Notes: a model not told the origin generated them from the letters alone. A stretch of DNA of 52,857 nucleotides from Nitriliruptoraceae bacterium (GCA_007123425.1 SKLC01000079.1:1-52857); one strand, 5' to 3'; counted from the stretch's first letter, positions 17,446 to 28,714 are shown. Made by a program: numbers and translations.

Positions 17446-17839
17446 CGGCATGACGCGATGCCCGCGTTCGGTCGGCCCCGCCGATCACGGATGGCGCGCT
17501 GCTGCATGGTGATTCCGGCGCAGATGCCAAGCAGAGCACTGCCACCCCGGCGCCGGTGTCTCCGGTGAGATCCCACCGGCCAAGCTCGACTTCGGACGTC
17601 GCGGATCCCTGGAGGACCGGACGCAGGGGGACCAGCCGGCGGTTCGGGCCGATGAGAACGGTCTGATCACCGCACGCGACGTGGAACTGGAGTTGGAGCG
17701 GGACGCCCCCGAACTCGACGGCTTGGAAGGTGGCCAGGCATCGCTCGTGGCGCTGTGCCATGACGAGGACGTACGACTCGATCTCGGCTGACCCGAATCC
17801 CGGCTCTGGACGAACAGCAACCACTTCGAGCTCAGCCAC
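17321..17839 (-). CDS. Doubtful ORF in an atypical-composition spacer downstream of nrdJ
   Basis: GTG start without an RBS. The first ~105 codons (AELEVVAVRPEPGFGSAEIESYVLVMAQRHERCLATFQAVEFGGVPLQLQFHV...) have moderately coding-like GC3. The last ~60 codons are Arg-rich shadow and overlap the ATP-grasp 3' end by 125 nt. Confidence 0.25.
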   Translation of the reverse strand: MAELEVVAVRPEPGFGSAEIESYVLVMAQRHERCLATFQAVEFGGVPLQLQFHVACGDQTVLIGPNRRLVPLRPVLQGSATSEVELGRWDLTGDTGAGVAVLCLASAPESPCSSAPSVIGGADRTRASRHAVIARCRRSAWSRSGRNAHRAGRGSPRPRRHGRARSCRTPAR

Positions 17840-17968
17840 GACGTGACGTGTCGGGTCGCTGCTGCCGGCCCCGTTGGACGCTGGCAGCGGTGGGCGACCA
17901 CTGCAGGACCGGGTAGCCAGCCGCTGACGTTCCAGCGGCCAGACCCCGGGCCTGCAGTGTGTCCGGAT

Positions 17969-20767
<2,799 letters not shown>

Positions 20768-20939
20768 GTGCGCGCTCCTTGGTGCTTCGTCTCGACTCGG
20801 GCGGCGGGATCCAAATGGTGGAATTACCACCGTGTGATCCGAGGGCCCACTCAACCGAGTGCGGCGACGCTACGCAAGCACCACCTGGTCGCCAATGATG
20901 GGCTCGATCGCAAGCGGTGGTGGCTCCTTCCAGCCATTG

Positions 20940-20957
20940 AACACTACATATAGTGTT
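20940..20957. promoter_or_regulatory. NrdR box upstream of nrdJ
   Basis: aACACTACATATAGTGTt is a near-perfect 16-bp palindrome matching the published NrdR-box consensus acaCwAtATaTwGtgt. It lies ~180 nt upstream of the nrdJ ATG. Confidence 0.6.
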
Positions 20958-21215
20958 TCCACCGCTCGTCCGCAGCGAAGGGCACAGGCTGTCCCCAGCC
21001 GCAGCCCTCCTTATCCACAACGCCGTCCACTGCTCGCGACTTGCAAGCAGCGCGCAGATCGCACACCGGCTGCGCGGCACCGGACGAGCGCTCGCGTCCA
21101 GGCCACCGCCCCGCTCGGTCGGCGTCCGGTGCGCTCGAGACGGAGCCAAAGGGCGTGGCCGGCGGGCCCGGTGACCTAGCATCACCGCCACCACACCAGC
21201 GAAGGCCGGCACCAC

Positions 21216-22538
21216 GTGAGCGAGCAGGACGGCGGGCACTCCACGCGCGGGCTCGAGGAGCCGGCCGGGGCGAGCACCCGCTCACCGGCCGACGACGGCC
21301 GGGTCCCCTCGTGGCTGGCGACCACCACCGCCTGGACCTGGCGGCTGCTGGTGATCCTGGTGGGCGCGACTGCCATCCTGTACGTCCTCACCCGCCTGTA
21401 CCTGGTCACGCTGCCGATCATCGTCGCGGTGATCCTGGCCACCCTGTGCGTGCCGTTGACGCGCGCGCTCCAGCGTCGAGGCGTGCCGGCGGCGCTTGCG
21501 GCCTCGATGACCGTCATCGGCGGGCTCGCCGCCGTCTCGGGGATCATCGCCGCCCTGGTGCCGGTCTTCGTCCGGGAGATCGGTGAGCTCGTCGAGACCG
21601 TCCAGGAGGGCGTCGAGCAGATCCTGGTCTTCCTCGAGCAGAACTTCGGGTGGGGCGAGGACGAGGTCGCCGATCTCCTGGATCAGGGACTCACCCTGAT
21701 CCAGGAGCAGTCCGGCCAGCTCGCGCAGCAGGCGCTGACCGGCGCGGCGCTGTTCGTGCAGGCCATCACCGCGATCGTGCTCGCGATCGTGCTGCTGTTC
21801 TTCTTCGTCAAGGACGGCGAGCAGATCGTGGGCTGGATGATCGATCGCACCCCACCGCCGTACCGCGACACGCTCCGCGCGGTCGGGCAGCGCGGCTGGA
21901 CCGCCCTCGCGGGCTTCGTGCGCGGCACCGCCGCGATCGCGCTCATCGACGCCATCGGCATCGGCGTCGGCCTGGCGATCCTCGGGGTGCCGGCCGTGCT
22001 CCCGATCGCCGTGCTGGTCTTCCTCGGCGGCTTCATCCCCGTCATCGGCGCCTTCGTCACGGGCCTGCTCGCCGTGCTCGTCGCCCTGGCCGCCGGCGGC
22101 CTGCAGATCGCGCTGATCGCGTTGGCGATCGTGGTCGGCGTCCAGCAGTTCGAGTCCAACGTGCTCCAGCCGGTGATCATGCGCCGCGCCGTGCGCCTGC
22201 ACCCGGTGGTGATCCTCTCGGCGCTGACCGCCGGCGCGGTGCTGCTGGGCATCATCGGGGCGTTCCTGGCGGTGCCCGTCGCGGCCGTGGCCGCGGCCAT
22301 GGCCAACGAGCTGCGGCTGCGCCACGAGGCGAACGTGATCACCGTCCCACCCGACCTCTCCCGCGACGAGGATCTCGGGCGCCCCCTGAGCGAGATCGAC
22401 GAGCTGCCGGATCCGATGGCGCACATGCGCTCGCAGATGCGGCAGGTCGCCACCCGCAAGCGCCGCCGGGGCGCCACCGACGAGGGCAGGACGCGTCGGC
22501 GTCGCGCGCGCGGGCGCCGCGACCCGGAGACGGGCTGA
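21216..22538 (+). CDS. AI-2E family (PerM/UPF0118) transporter
   Basis: GTG 21216. ~8 TM helices and the conserved C-terminal core (FLGGFIPVIGAFVTG...QQFESNVLQPVIM). Arg-rich cytoplasmic tail. Confidence 0.85.
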   Translation: MSEQDGGHSTRGLEEPAGASTRSPADDGRVPSWLATTTAWTWRLLVILVGATAILYVLTRLYLVTLPIIVAVILATLCVPLTRALQRRGVPAALAASMTVIGGLAAVSGIIAALVPVFVREIGELVETVQEGVEQILVFLEQNFGWGEDEVADLLDQGLTLIQEQSGQLAQQALTGAALFVQAITAIVLAIVLLFFFVKDGEQIVGWMIDRTPPPYRDTLRAVGQRGWTALAGFVRGTAAIALIDAIGIGVGLAILGVPAVLPIAVLVFLGGFIPVIGAFVTGLLAVLVALAAGGLQIALIALAIVVGVQQFESNVLQPVIMRRAVRLHPVVILSALTAGAVLLGIIGAFLAVPVAAVAAAMANELRLRHEANVITVPPDLSRDEDLGRPLSEIDELPDPMAHMRSQMRQVATRKRRRGATDEGRTRRRRARGRRDPETG

Positions 22539-22557
22539 GGTCGGTGGCGCCGACGCG

Positions 22558-23940
22558 CTAGGCCCTGGAGCCCTCGACCGGCACGTGCCAGCCCGGCGCA
22601 TGGCGCGGCCAACCGACCAGTGCCTCGAGCTGCTGGGCGACGCCGAGCACGACGTCCTCGCGGCCCGGCCCCGCCACCACCTGCACGCTGGTGGGCCGGC
22701 CGTGATGGGACCCCAGCGGCACCGCTGCCGCGGGCAGGTCGGCCAGGTTCCACGGCCCCGTGAACGGGTACGCCACGGAGTTGGCCGCCATGTTGGCCTG
22801 CCAGGAGCGCTCGTGCCACCGCACCGCCTTGGGCGGGGTCCGGGCCAGCGTCGGCGTGACGAGCACGTCGTGGTCCTCGAAGAACGGCGCCACCTGCTCC
22901 CGCCAGCGCTCGGCCTGGGCGGCCTCGACCGGCATCGCGCCGGCCATCTTCGCTCCGGCCTCGAGGTGGCCCCGCGTGCGGCGCTGCAGCCGCTCGGCGT
23001 CGAGGTCGAGGGCCGCGACGTCCTGGGCCGGGCCCTGCAGGTACCGCGCGACGGTGGCGCTGATCGCTGCCTGGTCGTAGGGCGGATCGGCGTGGGCGAT
23101 CTCGTGCCCGAGGTGGCGCAGCAGCCGCCCGGCCTCCACCGTCGCCTCCTGCCAGGCGCGGCCGACCGGCACCCCCGCCAGGGGCGCGGACCAGGAGACC
23201 GCGACCCGCAGGCGGTCGGTGGGCGTGGCGACGTCGCGGTGCTGCGTGCGGCCCGCCATCACGTCGAGGGCGAGCGCGAGGTCGGCCACACAGGTGGCGA
23301 TGGGCCCGAAGCGGCTCATGCCATACCAGTGGGGCTCCCCGTCGGCGAGCACCGGCAGCAGGTCCGCGCCGGGCTTGATGCCGATGCAGCCCGTGGCGGC
23401 GGCGGGGATGCGCACCGATCCCATCCCGTCGCTGGCCAGCGCGATCGGCACCGTGCCCGCGGCGACCGCCGCGGCCGAGCCGCCCGACGATCCCCCGGCG
23501 GTGCGGCTGGGATCCCACGGGCTGACCGCGATCCCCTCGGGGTCGTCGGAGGTCCCCCAGATCGACAGCTCGGGACAGCGGGTGCGTCCCACGATCACCG
23601 CGCCTGCCTCCCTGAGCCGGGCGACCACCTCGTGATCGGTGCGCGCCGGCGCCTCGGAGGTGGCACGCGATCCATGCCGGGTCGGCTCGCCACGGACCTC
23701 GACGACGTCCTTGACGGCGACCGGCACCCCGGCCAGCGGAAGGGCGAAGCGGTCCTCGCGCAGGTCGACCACCGCGGCCTCCCGCAGGGCCTCCTCGCGC
23801 CGCACGTGCACGTAGGCGCCGAGGTGTCGCTCGACCCGCGCGATGTGGTCGAGGTGCTCCTCGACCACCTGGCGCGCGGAGTAGCGCCCGGCCCGCACGT
23901 CCTCGGCCAGCACGACCGCCCGGCGTCCGACCAGCGTCAC
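22558..23940 (-). CDS. Amidase-signature family amidase
   Basis: GTG 23940 has GAGGAG upstream. Motifs GVPVAVKD and GGSSGGSAAAVA. Confidence 0.85.
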   Translation of the reverse strand: MTLVGRRAVVLAEDVRAGRYSARQVVEEHLDHIARVERHLGAYVHVRREEALREAAVVDLREDRFALPLAGVPVAVKDVVEVRGEPTRHGSRATSEAPARTDHEVVARLREAGAVIVGRTRCPELSIWGTSDDPEGIAVSPWDPSRTAGGSSGGSAAAVAAGTVPIALASDGMGSVRIPAAATGCIGIKPGADLLPVLADGEPHWYGMSRFGPIATCVADLALALDVMAGRTQHRDVATPTDRLRVAVSWSAPLAGVPVGRAWQEATVEAGRLLRHLGHEIAHADPPYDQAAISATVARYLQGPAQDVAALDLDAERLQRRTRGHLEAGAKMAGAMPVEAAQAERWREQVAPFFEDHDVLVTPTLARTPPKAVRWHERSWQANMAANSVAYPFTGPWNLADLPAAAVPLGSHHGRPTSVQVVAGPGREDVVLGVAQQLEALVGWPRHAPGWHVPVEGSRA

Positions 23941-24166
23941 GTGCGATCTCCTCGCTCGACATCCTCCGCCGCACACCTTAGGAGCACGGGGCCGGCTTCC
24001 TCACCACCTTCGGGGCCTGCGGACGGTGGCCGTCGGACCCCGGGCAGCGACGCCGCACGTCTGGCATGCTTCGCCCATCGGCGAGGCCGTGGGAGAGCGC
24101 CGCTCGCCCTGTTCAGATGCCGGCGTCCACCAGGACGTGACGGGGATCCCGACCCGGGAGGGTTTC

Positions 24167-25102
24167 GTGGACCAGCGCCCAGAGGTCCATCTGCGCATGC
24201 TCACCGCCGAGGACGCCGCGTGGGTCGTCGATGTCGACGAGCGGTCACGCACGGCGATCGCGCACGGGCACGACTGGGAGGTGGAGAAGCTCGCCGCGGA
24301 GCTCGACGAGGGCGTGTGGGCCTCCGACGACCGCTGGGGCTGGGGCATCATCGTCGACGGCGAGCCCGCCGGCTTCGCCCTGGTGTCGGGGCTCGACCAG
24401 GGGGATGCCCGCATGACCATCCGGGTCGCGCCCGAGTCCCGCGGCAAGGGCGCCGGCCGCGAGGTGCTGCGCCAGCTGGCCGATCACCACTTCCAGGCCC
24501 ACGACCACCTCAACCGGCTCACGGGCCGAGCGCATGAGCACAACGTGCCGATGCAGCGAGCCTTCAACGCCGCCGGCTTCCGGATGGAGGCGCGCTACCG
24601 CGACTCCTTCGAGATGCCAAACGGCGCGTTCGCCTCCGAATGGGGCTACGCGCTGACCCGCGCGGACTGGGAGGCGGGCCGGCACCGGGCCGGCAATCGT
24701 GGCTGGGACCTGCACGGTCTGTCGTTCTCGATCGAGGAGACCGTCGAGGGCCCCGAGCCGCCCGGCTACCTCATCAAGTTCCTCCAGGAGGGCCGGCGCG
24801 CCATCGCGCGCTACGACGCCGAGCGCGTGACCGACGGGGAGCTGGCCGGGATCCTCGACGGCGACGTGCTCGTCTACCGGTTCGTCCACGTCGAGGAGCG
24901 CGCCCCCGGCAGCCGCGAGGTCACCGGCGGCGGGCGCGCGCGGGTGCAGCGGCGCGCCGACCTGCGGCTGGAGATCGTCGACGACTGGTCGGACGAGCAC
25001 GGCGGCCACGGCCGCAGGGTCCTGCTCGAGCGCAACGACGGCAACGACGCCGTGCCGGAGGGTGCCGAGGATGCGCTGCCCACCTCGACGGACCCGGAGT
25101 AG
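24167..25102 (+). CDS. GNAT N-acetyltransferase with a ~140-aa C-terminal extension of unknown function
   Basis: GTG 24167 is preceded by GGGAGGG. GNAT core (RVAPESRGKGAGREVLRQL, HNVPMQRAFNAAGF). Start is uncertain: 24026 and 24197 are alternatives. Confidence 0.7.
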   Translation: MDQRPEVHLRMLTAEDAAWVVDVDERSRTAIAHGHDWEVEKLAAELDEGVWASDDRWGWGIIVDGEPAGFALVSGLDQGDARMTIRVAPESRGKGAGREVLRQLADHHFQAHDHLNRLTGRAHEHNVPMQRAFNAAGFRMEARYRDSFEMPNGAFASEWGYALTRADWEAGRHRAGNRGWDLHGLSFSIEETVEGPEPPGYLIKFLQEGRRAIARYDAERVTDGELAGILDGDVLVYRFVHVEERAPGSREVTGGGRARVQRRADLRLEIVDDWSDEHGGHGRRVLLERNDGNDAVPEGAEDALPTSTDPE

Positions 25103-25135
25103 TCGGCGTCGGCGCGAGCGCGGTGCCGCGTCGGC

Positions 25136-25777
25136 TCAGCGTCCCCGCTTCATCGCGCCGTCGGACAGCGCGCCGACGGCTTCGCCCAGCTGCAGGCCCA
25201 CGATGTCGAGCCGGCGCAGCAGATCGCGCCGCTTGAGGGTGGCCATCTCCAGCTCGCCCTCGTAGAGCGCCGCGAGGCTGCGCTGGTAGGTGCGACGCAC
25301 GTCGTTGATCTCGCGGTGCGTGTCGATAGCCGCCCGCCCGGCCCCGACGAGGTCCCCGTCGAGCGAGCCCAGCGCCGAGGCCAAGCGTCCCAGCGCGCCG
25401 ACGACCGCGTCGACCACGGGGCGCAGCAGGTCGTCGTCGTCGATCCCGAGCAGGTCGGCTTCGCGGACGAAGTCGCGCAGGTTGTCGGTGACGTTCTCGA
25501 GCGAGCGCGAGAGCCGATAGAGGTCCTCACGATCCATCGGCGTGGTCAGCAGCCGCGAGAGCATGCCGAACACCTCGTCGCGGGCCTCGTCCCCCGTCTG
25601 CTCGATGCGCGCGGCCGCGCTGCGCGCCTCGTCGGTCGGCAGCTCGCCGCGCACCAGCCGTGCGGCGACCGCCGCTGCCTCCTGCGCCACGGTCAGCTGC
25701 AGGCGCAGACACGCGACGACATCCCGGTCGGACGCGCCGGTCAGCTCGCTCCACCAGGAGGGACGTGACGGGCTCAT
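25136..25777 (-). CDS. DUF47 (PhoU-like, YkaA-type) phosphate-transport accessory protein
   Basis: ATG 25777 overlaps the PiT stop (ATGA). Helical 213-aa protein with the DUF47-like pattern ...TPMDREDLYRLSRSLENVTDNLRD... Confidence 0.8.
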   Translation of the reverse strand: MSPSRPSWWSELTGASDRDVVACLRLQLTVAQEAAAVAARLVRGELPTDEARSAAARIEQTGDEARDEVFGMLSRLLTTPMDREDLYRLSRSLENVTDNLRDFVREADLLGIDDDDLLRPVVDAVVGALGRLASALGSLDGDLVGAGRAAIDTHREINDVRRTYQRSLAALYEGELEMATLKRRDLLRRLDIVGLQLGEAVGALSDGAMKRGR

Positions 25778-26748
25778 GACGAGCCGCCCGGGAGCGTCAC
25801 GACGGCCACGAGGCCTGCGACGAGCAGGGCAGCCGGGAAGGTGACCACCCAGGCGAGGATGAGCCGCGACGCCAGCCGCCAGCGCACCCGGCGCAGCCCG
25901 TCGGTGACCCCGCTGCCGGCCAGCGATCCTGCCAGCGACTGCGTGATGCTCACCGGCGCGCCGAGCGCTCCGGTCACCCCCACGGCCGTGGCAGCGGCGG
26001 CCTCGCTCGAGGCGAGATAGCTCTGTCGAGCGGCGACGACTCCGCGACCCAAGGTGGCTCCTCCTCGGCGCATGCCCACCAGCGTGCCCAGCGTGAAGGC
26101 CACCGCCAAGCCCAGCATCAGGCCGGGAGGGGGCCGTGCGGCGGCGGCAGCGCCCGCCCCCGTGGCGACCACGCCCACCGCGATCATCTTCTGGCCGTCG
26201 TTGGCGGCATAGGCCAGCGCGACCAGTGTCGAGGTGGCCGTGCGCATCCGTGGCCCCGCGCGCCCGACGCGGGCGAGCATCGGCAGTCGCACCAGCGCCA
26301 TCAATCCGAAGGCGAGCAGCCCGCCCACCAGCGGGGCCGCGACACCGAGCAGCAGGACGCGGGCGACCTCGGTGGCATCGACGGTCACCGGGCTGCCCAG
26401 GCCGGCACCCACGAACGCGCCGATCGTGGCCAGCGTCAGCGAGGTCGGCAGGCGGAGCCACGCGAGCGCACCGGTGACCGCAATCGCCGAGAGCACCGCG
26501 ACGACGAGCGTGACCGTGCCGCCGGCGCCGTCGAAGTCGACCAGCCGGGCCGCGAGGGTGTGCGCCACCGGTGCGCCCAGGGCCAGCGGAAGGGCCACCA
26601 GCGCCGCAACGAGCACGCCGATGACCGCCAGCGGGCGCAGGCGGCCACCCTGCATCGCGGCACCGGCCAGCGCCCCACCATCGTTGAGGCCGTTGACCGC
26701 GGCGTAGAGGCCGGCAAGCGCCACCAGCACCAGGGACTGACCGCTCAC
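25774..26748 (-). CDS. PiT-family inorganic phosphate transporter
   Basis: GTG 26748 overlaps the upstream stop (GTGA). Two PHO4-type motifs (VNGLNDGG, AANDGQK). Polytopic membrane protein. Confidence 0.75.
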   Translation of the reverse strand: MSGQSLVLVALAGLYAAVNGLNDGGALAGAAMQGGRLRPLAVIGVLVAALVALPLALGAPVAHTLAARLVDFDGAGGTVTLVVAVLSAIAVTGALAWLRLPTSLTLATIGAFVGAGLGSPVTVDATEVARVLLLGVAAPLVGGLLAFGLMALVRLPMLARVGRAGPRMRTATSTLVALAYAANDGQKMIAVGVVATGAGAAAAARPPPGLMLGLAVAFTLGTLVGMRRGGATLGRGVVAARQSYLASSEAAAATAVGVTGALGAPVSITQSLAGSLAGSGVTDGLRRVRWRLASRLILAWVVTFPAALLVAGLVAVVTLPGGSS

Positions 26749-27599
26749 GTCGCCGTGGTCTCGGGAAGGTGCGGCACCGAGATGTAGAGCGCCGAGGTGG
26801 CCGCGTACACGATCCCGTCCTCGTCCACGAGGGCGCCCCGGGTGTGCAGGCGCCGGCCGTCGACCCGGTCGCTGCGGGCGACCACCCGCAGCGGCTCCAT
26901 CAGGGGGGCGCGTCGGAAGACACGCAGGTGATAGTTGGCGAGCAGCCCCACCTCGTCGCCCCGGTCCTCCACGTGGCGGAAGGAGGCCCAGGCCGTGGGG
27001 CAGGCGAGCATCGCCGAGACCACCACGGGGTCGATGGCGCCGTCGACGCCGAGCTCGTCGTCGGCGATCCAGGGGCAGACGACGGTGTCGGCGTCGTGCC
27101 AGCGCGGCACCATGCGCTGGGCCAGTGGATGGGTGGGGCGATGCCCGCAGACCCAGCAGGTGGCCAACAGCTCGCGCGGTGCCGGCTCGGCCAGCGGCGC
27201 GGTCGCGAGCTCGGCGAGGTCGTACACGCGCGGCGTCGGGTCGTGGCCCGCCAGCTCCACCTCGGCATCGACGAGCAGCGTGTCGCCGTCCATGGTCTGC
27301 ACCCGGTGGACCGCGGTGGTCTCGGTCGGCTGCACGCGGGCCTGCAGGTCCCGTCCCAGGCGGGTGGGCGCGTGCAGCCGCGCATCCAGGCGCGTCAGCG
27401 GCGCGCCGAAATGGTCGACGAGTCGCGCGACGGCGATGGCCAGGCCCGTCGCGAAGCCGCCCTGCAGCACGCCCGGCGGGCCATCGAGGCCGGGCGCAGC
27501 GTGGAGGTCGCGCACGAGCCAGGCCCCCTCGGCGCGCGCGTCGGCGCCGAGGGTGAGGCCGAGACCCGGCGGGCCTGCGTGAAGGGTGGACGCGTTCAT
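26745..27599 (-). CDS. Double hotdog-fold (PaaI-like) thioesterase-family protein
   Basis: ATG 27599. GVLQGGFATGLAIAVA in the first half and a CWVCG...HPL motif opening the second half. First gene of a three-gene string with overlapping stops and starts. Confidence 0.6.
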   Translation of the reverse strand: MNASTLHAGPPGLGLTLGADARAEGAWLVRDLHAAPGLDGPPGVLQGGFATGLAIAVARLVDHFGAPLTRLDARLHAPTRLGRDLQARVQPTETTAVHRVQTMDGDTLLVDAEVELAGHDPTPRVYDLAELATAPLAEPAPRELLATCWVCGHRPTHPLAQRMVPRWHDADTVVCPWIADDELGVDGAIDPVVVSAMLACPTAWASFRHVEDRGDEVGLLANYHLRVFRRAPLMEPLRVVARSDRVDGRRLHTRGALVDEDGIVYAATSALYISVPHLPETTAT

Positions 27600-27736
27600 G
27601 GCGGCCACGCTATCCCGCGGGCCGCGCGTAGCGTGACGGACGCTTCCCCGGGGCATGTCGGGGCGGTCAGCAGCCGCACTCGCGCGCACAGCCGCCGGCG
27701 CAGTAGGTTCACGCCACGACCTACGAGAGCGTCCCT

Positions 27737-28204
27737 GTGCGGTGTCCGACCTGCTCGACCGACGACGACCGGGTCGTCGACTCCCGGCCGAGCACGGATG
27801 GCGCGGCGATCCGCCGCCGACGGGAGTGTCGCGGCTGCGGGGAGCGATTCACGACCTTCGAGCGCGTGGAGCTGCCCGAGCTGCTCGTGCGCAAGCGCTC
27901 GGGCACGGTCTCCCCGTTCTCGCGCGACAAGGTCCTCAACGGGATGCACCGTGCGGCCAAGGGCCGGGTCGCGCCCGTGGAGCTCGACCGCGCCGCCCTG
28001 GCCGTCGAGCAGGCCCTGCGGGCCCTGGGCCAGCGGGAAGTGGCATCCGAGCAGGTGGGGTTGCAGGTGCTCGCGCAGCTGCGCGACCTCGACCCCGTCG
28101 CCTACGTGCGCTTCGCCTCGGTGTACAAGGACTTCCAGGGACCCGAGGACTTCGAGAAGGAGCTGCACTCGCTGCGCAAGGAGGCCCCGCCGAAGGGCGC
28201 CTGA
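27737..28204 (+). CDS. nrdR: Transcriptional repressor of ribonucleotide reductase genes
   Basis: MRCPTC...CRGCGERFTTFE zinc ribbon followed by an ATP-cone. 155 aa. Confidence 0.95.
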   Translation: MRCPTCSTDDDRVVDSRPSTDGAAIRRRRECRGCGERFTTFERVELPELLVRKRSGTVSPFSRDKVLNGMHRAAKGRVAPVELDRAALAVEQALRALGQREVASEQVGLQVLAQLRDLDPVAYVRFASVYKDFQGPEDFEKELHSLRKEAPPKGA

Positions 28205-28261
28205 GGCCGCGGGCGAGGCGCCCGACCTGGAGCGGTGGTGCTGCGGGGAAGGAACCGGCGG

Positions 28262-28594
28262 TCAGCGCGCCGGGATCAGCACCACCGTCCAGGCCTCGAC
28301 CTCGCCCCCGGCGAGACCGTTGAGGTCCTTGATTCGGTGCAGATGGTCACGTGGATCGACGCCCTGAGGCGCGGTGGCCACCGTCACGTCCCAGAGGGTC
28401 TCCCCCGGCTGCACGATGGCGTGCCCCGCCACCTTGTCCTCGAGCTCCGCCTCCGCGCCGACGCGCCCGATCAAGCCCGTGGCCAGGAACGCCACCGCGA
28501 GCAGCGCGACCACGACGAGGGCCCGCCGACGCCAGTACACCGCGGCCCCGGGCCGGGCCTGTGTGCCTCGCGCCTGCAGCTGCATGGGGCTCAT
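28262..28594 (-). CDS. Membrane-anchored LysM-domain protein (positional analogue of ChiZ/DivS SOS-induced division inhibitors)
   Basis: 110 aa with an N-terminal TM anchor. The C-terminal LysM-like segment is HAIVQPGETLWDVTVA...IKDLNGL. Divergent from lexA. Confidence 0.8.
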   Translation of the reverse strand: MSPMQLQARGTQARPGAAVYWRRRALVVVALLAVAFLATGLIGRVGAEAELEDKVAGHAIVQPGETLWDVTVATAPQGVDPRDHLHRIKDLNGLAGGEVEAWTVVLIPAR

Positions 28595-28638
28595 CGCTCG
28601 CGCCTTTCACATCGGGTCGTGGTGCCTCGGTCGATATG

Positions 28639-28660
28639 ACGGTACGGATGACCTGTGACA
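28639..28660 (-). promoter_or_regulatory. RecA-NDp-like (PafBC-type) promoter motif for the LysM gene
   Basis: The minus strand reads TGTCAcag-gtcatccg-TACCGT, compared with the published tTGTCRgtg-N8-TAnnnT. The -10 ends ~45 nt upstream of ATG 28594. Confidence 0.35.
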
Positions 28661-28662
28661 CC

Positions 28663-28676
28663 CGAACGTGCGTTCT
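28663..28676. promoter_or_regulatory. LexA (SOS/Cheo) box 1
   Basis: CGAACgtgcGTTCt, with one imperfect arm. Confidence 0.7.
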
Positions 28677-28689
28677 CTCCCCAGTGAAG

Positions 28690-28703
28690 CGAACGCGCGT
28701 TCG
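28690..28703. promoter_or_regulatory. LexA (SOS/Cheo) box 2
   Basis: CGAACgcgcGTTCG, a perfect GAAC-N4-GTTC core with flanking C/G. Confidence 0.8.
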
Positions 28704-28714
28704 GGCGTCAAGGG

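Noticed and set aside
20768-20940. Possible cobalamin riboswitch in the nrdJ leader.
   Set aside because: No B12-box-like core is visible, and B12 riboswitches are known upstream of B12-independent alternatives rather than nrdJ. I kept it only as an unexplained structured leader.
20905-20990. Second NrdR box expected about 31 bp from the first.
   Set aside because: The sequences at both expected offsets (around 20917 and 20980) are not palindromic and do not match CACwAt half-sites. The GGTGG-aatta-CCACC palindrome at 20817-20831 has the wrong half-site orientation and sequence.
21011-21019. Perfect DnaA box TTATCCACA as evidence for an origin or DnaA regulation.
   Set aside because: A single 9-mer can occur by chance. 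There is no cluster of boxes or AT-rich unwinding element, so it is not an oriC. It is mentioned only as a possible regulatory site within the nrdJ finding.
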